Positions 56,901-64,000 of a DNA stretch of 64,000 nt are shown in pieces. The stretch's first letter is position 1. Each line of letters starts with the position of its first letter. The notes under the pieces were generated by a model. It worked only from the letters and a program-made list of their open reading frames with translations. It ran no database searches and was not told the DNA's origin. The translations under genes and the position numbers were made by a program. Source of the DNA: Eimeria praecox (lineage: Eukaryota); NCBI GenBank assembly GCA_963920595.1, contig OY986946.1, forward strand, positions 6,262,001 to 6,326,000. Reading direction: 5' to 3'.

Positions 56901-59591
56901 ATTTACAGGGCATTGAGGGTTACTCCTGTTACGTGGCGACAAACTTAATGTAGGTAACTCTGAAATCGTGTTTCTTTAGCTGGCAAGGTCAATGAAAGAC
57001 TCTTTCACTACCGTAGCCGTGAAAAGTCTCTCTCTGGCATGTCAGAGGTTGATAGTATATACCTGAACAATGAAATTCCTGCTGTATAAGAAACGCAGCA
57101 AGCAATGCTTGTCCATTCTCCACCAGGCCGCTTAGGGGGTCTCATTTACCGTAAACTGGTGCTTCCATTCTGTTAAAAGGCGTGAATAGCACGCAGCTAT
57201 TTGATGCTTTTCCGGTTCACTTGTTAATAGAGAGAGCAAACCCTTTATTGCTATGTCACTGGCATATGCTGTTAGAAAGAAGCCCTCGCAAAAATAAGGA
57301 AGCATAAGCACCGGAAACCATGCGAGGTGTCTCATGAGGTTTCAAATGGCTTATTCTTCAGTCACTGTCCAAAGAATTGGTGTATCTTTCCTGAATATAT
57401 CTCTCAGAGGGGCGACGACGTGATTGCATCCGTGAAGTCGGGGTAGTACGATGCAAGACCGAAGGGATTCTGCCGTTACGAACCAGTGCTTCTCAGATAG
57501 GGCATCTGGAGTGCGATATAGGCGCTGAAATGCGCTCTTGCATATGCCTAGCTATATAGTATATCTGAGATATTTTCCTTCAAGTGTACCTACTTCTGCA
57601 GTTTCATCAGAAGTTTCCAGTTTGAGGAATTTGTAGCAACAGGCAACGCGTTAGATGCTGCTGCGAAGAGTGGAGCTGGTGGTGGGTTCCATGTTTTTGA
57701 TAACACTGTAACAAGGCGAGCGTGCTCAACCCTGCAGACCTTTTCTGGGCCTTCGCTCTCAGCATTAGCCAGCTACCTAAGTGTTTACAGGGGCCAGCTC
57801 AGATGAGCTAGGGGCCTATCAAGGATATTAGGAGCTTAGCGCGGCTAGTGTGAAACAAAATCGGGGCAGAGGTATCTAGAACAGTCTTATGAGCAATTAA
57901 CAGGCAATTAGGGCGTTTGTAATCATAGTTCAATTTCCTACAGCCTCAAATACACCGACTAAGGGAAGGAAAAGTGAATAACGAGATAAAGGATGAACTG
58001 GGAGCACGTAGGGGACTGACAATAGACGATGAGACCTGCGATCGGCGGGGGTGACATTAGGACCCAACCTCCTGCAGCCACCCGAATTGAAAGCCAAAGG
58101 CTCATTACCCAGGGAGGATTTTTACAGAAAGGCATCATAAACAAATACGGGCTGATGCTGCAGGCAAGCGCCCACACTACCTAACAACCGGCTACACCTG
58201 TACCCTTCTGAACACTGGTTTCAATCGACGTCGCACCATACCCTACACATGCAAATAGGCCATTCTGAAGTGCATTTTCAGCCCCATATATGCTATCCCA
58301 TGAATATTCTGCCATCCTTAACGTGGGCACCTCACACAAAGCTTATTGAACTACTTCGGCTTTGCGCATGTGCAAGACCAGGTCCCTCCACTTAGGAGTG
58401 CTTTCAGCTCCCCGTATCTCTTATAGTGTCAATATGCCGTTCTAGCAATACATATGTTGTCGTATCAGCCCCCTCACTGTGGAGTGTTCCAGTCGTTACC
58501 TCAGGCTAGCGGCTAATTATAATGCGACGAACTCATTAGCTGTATTAGTCAAACACTTGAAGAGTTAGCCAGGGCAGCAGCCCTATGGCGCACGTTCCCT
58601 CTCCTCCAGCATCAAAGCCTACGGGGCAAAACTGCCTGAGGGCCTGGGGTGGTTAGACCGCGTGCACGCCTGCTTTGGGCTGTACCGCACCTTGTTTCCA
58701 GCTAGTGCTGCAGGGCGACTTCACGTGGGCGCATAGCCAGTGCCCCTTTGCGGCATGTACTAGCATTCTATACTGTAGTGTTCACTGTCTTTAATCACTT
58801 GCTTGATCCTCTGTAGTGAGCCTACGAGCAAGTAAGGGTACGAGTACTAGCATCAGGCAAAGCACGTCACACAACTGCCCTGCAGAAGTAGGTTTCGTCT
58901 TTCATGCAACTTCCTTTGCAGTAGGATATAAAAGACAAGGGTAAACTAATTCATCAGGCCTGGAGTCCACAAGAGAATCGGAGGTTGCTAGCTTGTTGCT
59001 ACACTTTGCTGCACGCAGTCTCATCCAGCCCCGGCCGCCCTGTGCCTTGTTGACGCTAGACCCGCCTCGCGTGCCACACTTAGTGCATTTTGTGTGCATA
59101 TTGTTCATAGATTTGCTTTTAATTCTGGTTTCTGGTATCCACACAAGGAACCTAGCCCGTTCTTGTGACTGGCATGCCGCCACGGAAGCAAAAGATAGCT
59201 TCCACCTGGGTCGAAGGAACAGCAGTTTTCCCGTCTGGTCCGCTCATATACACATCGCCTGCTTAGAGTCACAGGGAATATAACCCTTGAAAAAGCGTCT
59301 GTGTGGTTATGCCATACAGACGAGCAAGCAAAACGCACCTTAATGCCGCCCCAACTGGGGACCGCTGCCCAGGCCTTAGCGCCTTGGCCAGCGTTCCATG
59401 AAGAGGCGCGAAGGCGACTCGGTGGTTTTTAAATCCACTCAGATCAATCAGAAATTGCCGACTGGAGCTAAGTCGCTGCGTTAAATCGCTCTCGAGTCAT
59501 TTGAACGCTGAGAGCCGTTCCCCAGCAGCGAGTTTTGAGTACCCGTATACAGCAGGCAGCCCAATATGAAAGCACTGTACTGGTATCGACA

Positions 59592-62192
59592 ATGCGCCGC
59601 CCATCGCCCCGCATGGAAGGAGTCGACGTCCAGCTGGTTTCAAAGCGCCGGTTGCCAGATGGCAGTGCATGGCTGAATCAGTACCGCGTCTGTGAAAAGT
59701 TAGCGAGCAGTGAGTAGATGCACATACACTGTTTTATCCTTTCAATCTAGCAGGCATTATGGTGGCATGCGTACTCGATGTGTAAGTTCCGGCCGGTGTA
59801 TCCTGGCCGTCTGGAACAAGGTATTCAGCAGTTGGTTCGCAAGCACAGCCACTCACTGAAGAGAAGACAGGACTGCTTCCTTAGTGTCGCATGGCAGTCT
59901 TTTGCTTCTTTAGTATCTTATACATGGTTGAATCTGTACGCCTGTGGCAAAGTCTTGCCGTGTGTTGGATGCCTTTGAAGTTTTCCTGACATGCGATGCC
60001 AAATGGGTGTCAGTTCGTCAGTTCCTTTAGGTGTCGCGTTGTTGTTGACTATCCGTAAGAAGTCGGATGTGCTTGCGTTGCTATTGCAGCTGAACTTTCC
60101 AGCGTCTTCCGAGTAGAGGAGACAAACCCTTCTAGTGGCGCTGTCACAAGCTTTTGCTGCAAACGATACCGGAAGATTTTACTCTTGAGGCGGAGGGAGT
60201 ATCGCCCGGGTCCAACTGGAATGGGTTTCATGACCAAATTGGAGGACGTTAAGGAAGAGGCCCGCATATTGGCGCTTCTCGACCATCCGCGCTGTCTGAA
60301 GCTGAAGGAGATCCTTGACTCAAACCCGGACTCAGCGGATGGCAAAGTTTATTTCAGTCAGTATCCATCAGTCGTTGCATTCTTGATCCATTGTACTTCG
60401 TATTTTATCTCATAGCAAACCCCCATCACCACCCTTTGGATAGCCACGTGTATTCCTGCGAGGATCAGCCGTAAAGGCAATGCCGGCTTCCCCTTAGGCT
60501 ATCGCCTTTTCTGACATGCGAATTGTGGTGTAGCTCTGTTGCTGTGCTTGTGCTCACACAGTCACAAGTTTTATGCAAGGGGGAGCACTAATGGTTCTTA
60601 AGAACATCAGAGATGATGATTTAGAACGGAGCTGCCTGTCGGAATCCGACGTGTCAGCAGCGTTGCCAGCAGAGGCTACTGAAGATGTTGTCCGAGAGAA
60701 ATTCGTTCCACAGCTGGAAGCAATAAGGACTTTCACAGAAGCTCAAGCTAAATGCTTTATTCGTGATGCTGCGGAAGGCTTAGCGTATTGTGAGAAGCTT
60801 GATAAGCCATAGCCAGTGCCGTTAGGCTGCTGAACATAGACACGCCAACTTCCCTCAGGGTCGCAAATTTAGAGCGCAGCCAGCACTTAGCCATTCGCTG
60901 GTGGAAGTGCCATGCTCAGCATGGGCAGGGTCTTATGTTGGTCGCACCTTAGTTGTTGCCAGAGTGCTGTTTGGATGGGGTTTTGCGGTGCGGCGCAGTG
61001 CACGAGGACCTTGGAGTTTGTCACAGGGACCTGAAAGTCGACAATCTTCTCCTGGGGGCTGACGGCCGGGTCTGTCTTGGCGATTTCGGGAGCGCCGAGA
61101 AAATGAGTGCGAATGGCAAAGTCAGACACACAAAGGTAGGGGTTACTTTGCATTGCAGTACGTTTAGGCTTGCGACGAGGGCATTCAGTACCTTTGTGGC
61201 TCCAACAACTCGCTCTGCAAGCATTGGCTATTGTATGTTCCATCATCATCTGGTTCCCCCAAAGCCTTAGCACCTGATGCATTTATCTGAACTCGGAGGC
61301 TTGGTGTATCTGGACCTGGCCTTATTGGATATAGGAGTGATTTTTGTATCAACCCAGCAGTTGCATTTATCGTGCAAAGCCGCAGTCCGCCTGTTGGATT
61401 GCTTTCAAATGCAAATACAGTTCGTCGCATATTCCTGTGCGGTTTGGCCCTTCTATTGCAGGGTACATACATGTTCATGGCTCCCGAGTGCCTCCGCCCG
61501 ATAGAAGAATCCAAGCCGTACGAAGGCCACGACGGTCGCGCTGCCGATACCTGGGCGTTGGGAATCTGCGCTTACGTATGCCCTTCCACTCAATCAGACA
61601 GCTCTTACAAAGTCCAAAATACCAAGCTAGTTCTTTGATTACTCTGAATGAATGGGACGGCTTCACAGTCATAAAGCTGTTTCTGCCTCCCGTTAGCCAT
61701 AAGGCTTCACAATGCTGTATGCACAGCCTTCCCGCGGCACATGGCAAACCCAAAAGAATTAGCGTTAACGGGCACTTCAGCCCACTGAATCTTACTTGAT
61801 GTCTTCTGAAGCGTTGTGCAGGTGATGATATTTGGGACTGTTCCGTTTGGCGCGAACTCAATAGAAAGCCTGTTCGAGGCTATTGGGGAGGGAATTGTCA
61901 GAATTCCTGAAAACCCACCCATATCACCGGAGCTGCGGGATTTCTTTCGTCGGGTTCTCCATCCAGAGTGGCAGGACCGTATTTCTGTGCGCCAAATCTT
62001 GGTGAGATTTTGAAGAGCCGTGCGCATGTTTCATGTTTTGGGGGGTTGTTTAACAGGAAGAGTACGGGAGGCAGCCAATTGTGGGGCTTTGCTTGAACTG
62101 CGCAGGACCATCCCTGGGTAGCGTCAGCGAATACCACAGACGCTCTTGCATATGCCCAGGCACTTCTTCAGCAACGAGCCACCAGCAGCTAG
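59592..62192 (+). CDS. CaMKK-family Ser/Thr protein kinase (376 aa, 7 exons)
   Basis: Exons 59592-59709, 60090-60356, 60562-60789, 60999-61135, 61462-61575, 61822-62001, 62106-62192 (1,131 nt, all GT-AG, phases match). LNQY start, basic insert after the beta3 Lys, HRDLKVDN, DFG, GTYMFMAPE, GRAADTWALG, FGTVPF, HPW. Confidence 0.92.
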
Positions 62193-64000
62193 CAGAGCAC
62201 CAAAGCTGCTTATAGCAGCCGCAAGGGTTGTATATCTTCGGATAATGCATCTGTTGCTCCCGGATGAATTTGAAGTTTTTTAACTTTTTCGAGCACGGGC
62301 TGACAGCCGGTAGCTCAAAAACCGCGAAGCAACGCAAAGCTGGACTTCTTCACTTTGCTGCTCCGACCAGTTGGAGAGAAGTTTTGTCTAAATATCGTCT
62401 GGGGGGTCATAGTAATGTAACGTGTCCACAGTGTCAGGGATAGCTCGTTTGTTAGAGAAAGCACCCTGGTCATCTGTAAGTGGCGTCTATGCGTGTCTGG
62501 GGGGTCACCGCCTCTGGAAACGCCCGCTACGCCTGCTACACTGTCCCTGCCAGCCTGGGCTTTTTTTCAAGGGCAGTAGTTTATGCAGAATACTGTAGAT
62601 CCATTCACTTCCGCCAATTACGGTTGCACTTTGGAGGAGCTAGAATGCCATTCTTCGTACTTCGATAAGTCAGATACCCCGTCTGGGAGTTTATCTGTAT
62701 GCGACATGGGGAGTTACTTCTGCAGAGCCCTACGAAGGTTTTCAGAGCGCCCGGCGTTTGCGTGCTCTTCTTGTAAGTATCCCTACTCCTTTTTGAGTCG
62801 AACCTATATACGTCTGGTTTACGGGAAACGCATCTTCTTCGGCGGGGAGTTGCCGCAGTATCAGCAAGGGACAACGTCTGCCGTAGTGGTTAGTATGGTT
62901 CTGTTGCTCTTGCTATTCTCCACTTTTTGCTGTGCATCCGTGATCGAATTCTCTGTTAATGCCACAGCTGGTCTAACCGCCGCTTGTAACGTGGGAAGTC
63001 GCCTGCGAAGTGCTTAACAGATCCACATGCGCATAGGGATGGGTTTGCTGTAGGGAGATAGGCGGCGTGTTGTAAGCATCAACCTCCCCCGTGCAGTCCT
63101 TAGGACTGGTTCTGGACGCTTGGAAACGCTTTGCATTGCCTCTTCAAGCGCACTCTCGCTAAATTTGCATGATAGCTTGCCCTATCGTTAGAGCAGCACT
63201 TTCGGGAAAGCACGAATATCTGCCCACTTTTTGTGCTAAGTAGATCTCTCCCCAGCACCTGATGGGCCGCCGAATCCCCCTTTTTCCCCCTCGAACTTCT
63301 GCTCAAGTAGAGGTGGACCAAGTATTTTTTTGTATGAGCCACGAGGCCCGGCGTTCTGTTGGGTAACAGCGATGCGCTTCAATCAATCAATCAATCGATC
63401 CAGAGCCTCTGCCTGTAGTGCGGCCTTTACCGTCCATCTAGTAAAAGTAATGTTTCCACGCGGAATGCCTGTCTTCGCTGTTTTTCGCGGTGAGAATATC
63501 ACTGACTCTGAAGCGCCTCTCCCTGCTACGAAGCTGGTGCACAGCTACCCCGTGAGGGTCCGCATAAGCTAATCAGCAGCAACAAACACCCTTGTACTAC
63601 CTGTTACCAATGGAAAATGAATTTACGGGGGGTTCTGTTCAATACAGACATCCTTGTGCAATACGCCATCGGCATACTGAAGCGGAACTAAGTACTAACC
63701 CTGCCAGTGGGGCTCCACGCTGTCGGGTTCGTACCAAATACTGGGTTCAGCTACTGCGATGCATTCAGAGGACTAAAAAGAGCGTTTGTGGCCCTGGTAA
63801 GACAGGCCACATCGTGCAAAGCCGCCAGGGTCCGAGGCTCGCATTCCAGCTGACCACTGCGAAACAGCAAGAGGCCACGATCATTCTGTCGAGAATGTTT
63901 TCACTGCCAATAAATGTTGCATGTCTCTACGGAGAAGAAGCAGTATTAGCCCGTGTTACTCTCACAGCAGTCCCATATGCGGTGTATTCAACATGCATGC

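Noticed and set aside
62400..64000. ORFs 62583-63017 and 63330-63572
   Set aside because: No recognisable domains or splice support.

Overview
Eukaryotic, intron-containing DNA with the hallmarks of an Eimeria-type coccidian (Apicomplexa) genome: dense (CAG/CTG)n tracts in and between genes, interstitial telomere-like (AAACCCT)n arrays and TGCATGCA octamers. The first ~34 kb is repeat-rich and the last ~29 kb is repeat-poor. Most listed ORFs are homopolymer shadow frames, so I assembled genes by hand from splice sites and phase. Supported genes: (1) a 3'-truncated minus-strand GCN2-like eIF2alpha-kinase gene with an RWD domain and a degenerate catalytic loop (HRALHPSN); (2) a divergently transcribed single-exon gene with a strong XRCC4-like stalk signature (VLNEKK), the most interesting call; (3) signal peptidase subunit SPC12/SPCS1; (4) a 9-exon, ~4,550-aa type I membrane protein (Cys-rich LCGC modules, Big_5-like Ig domains, many Sushi/CCP repeats, LNR/Notch repeat, TM, long tail); (5) two or three hypothetical genes; (6) an EngB/YihA GTPase with long extensions; (7) a small secreted MIC1/M2AP galectin-like protein; (8) a CaMKK-family kinase with a glycine-free P-loop. 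No tRNA, rRNA, CRISPR or intact mobile element was recognised. All homology calls rest on motif recognition from memory and need HMM or structure confirmation.
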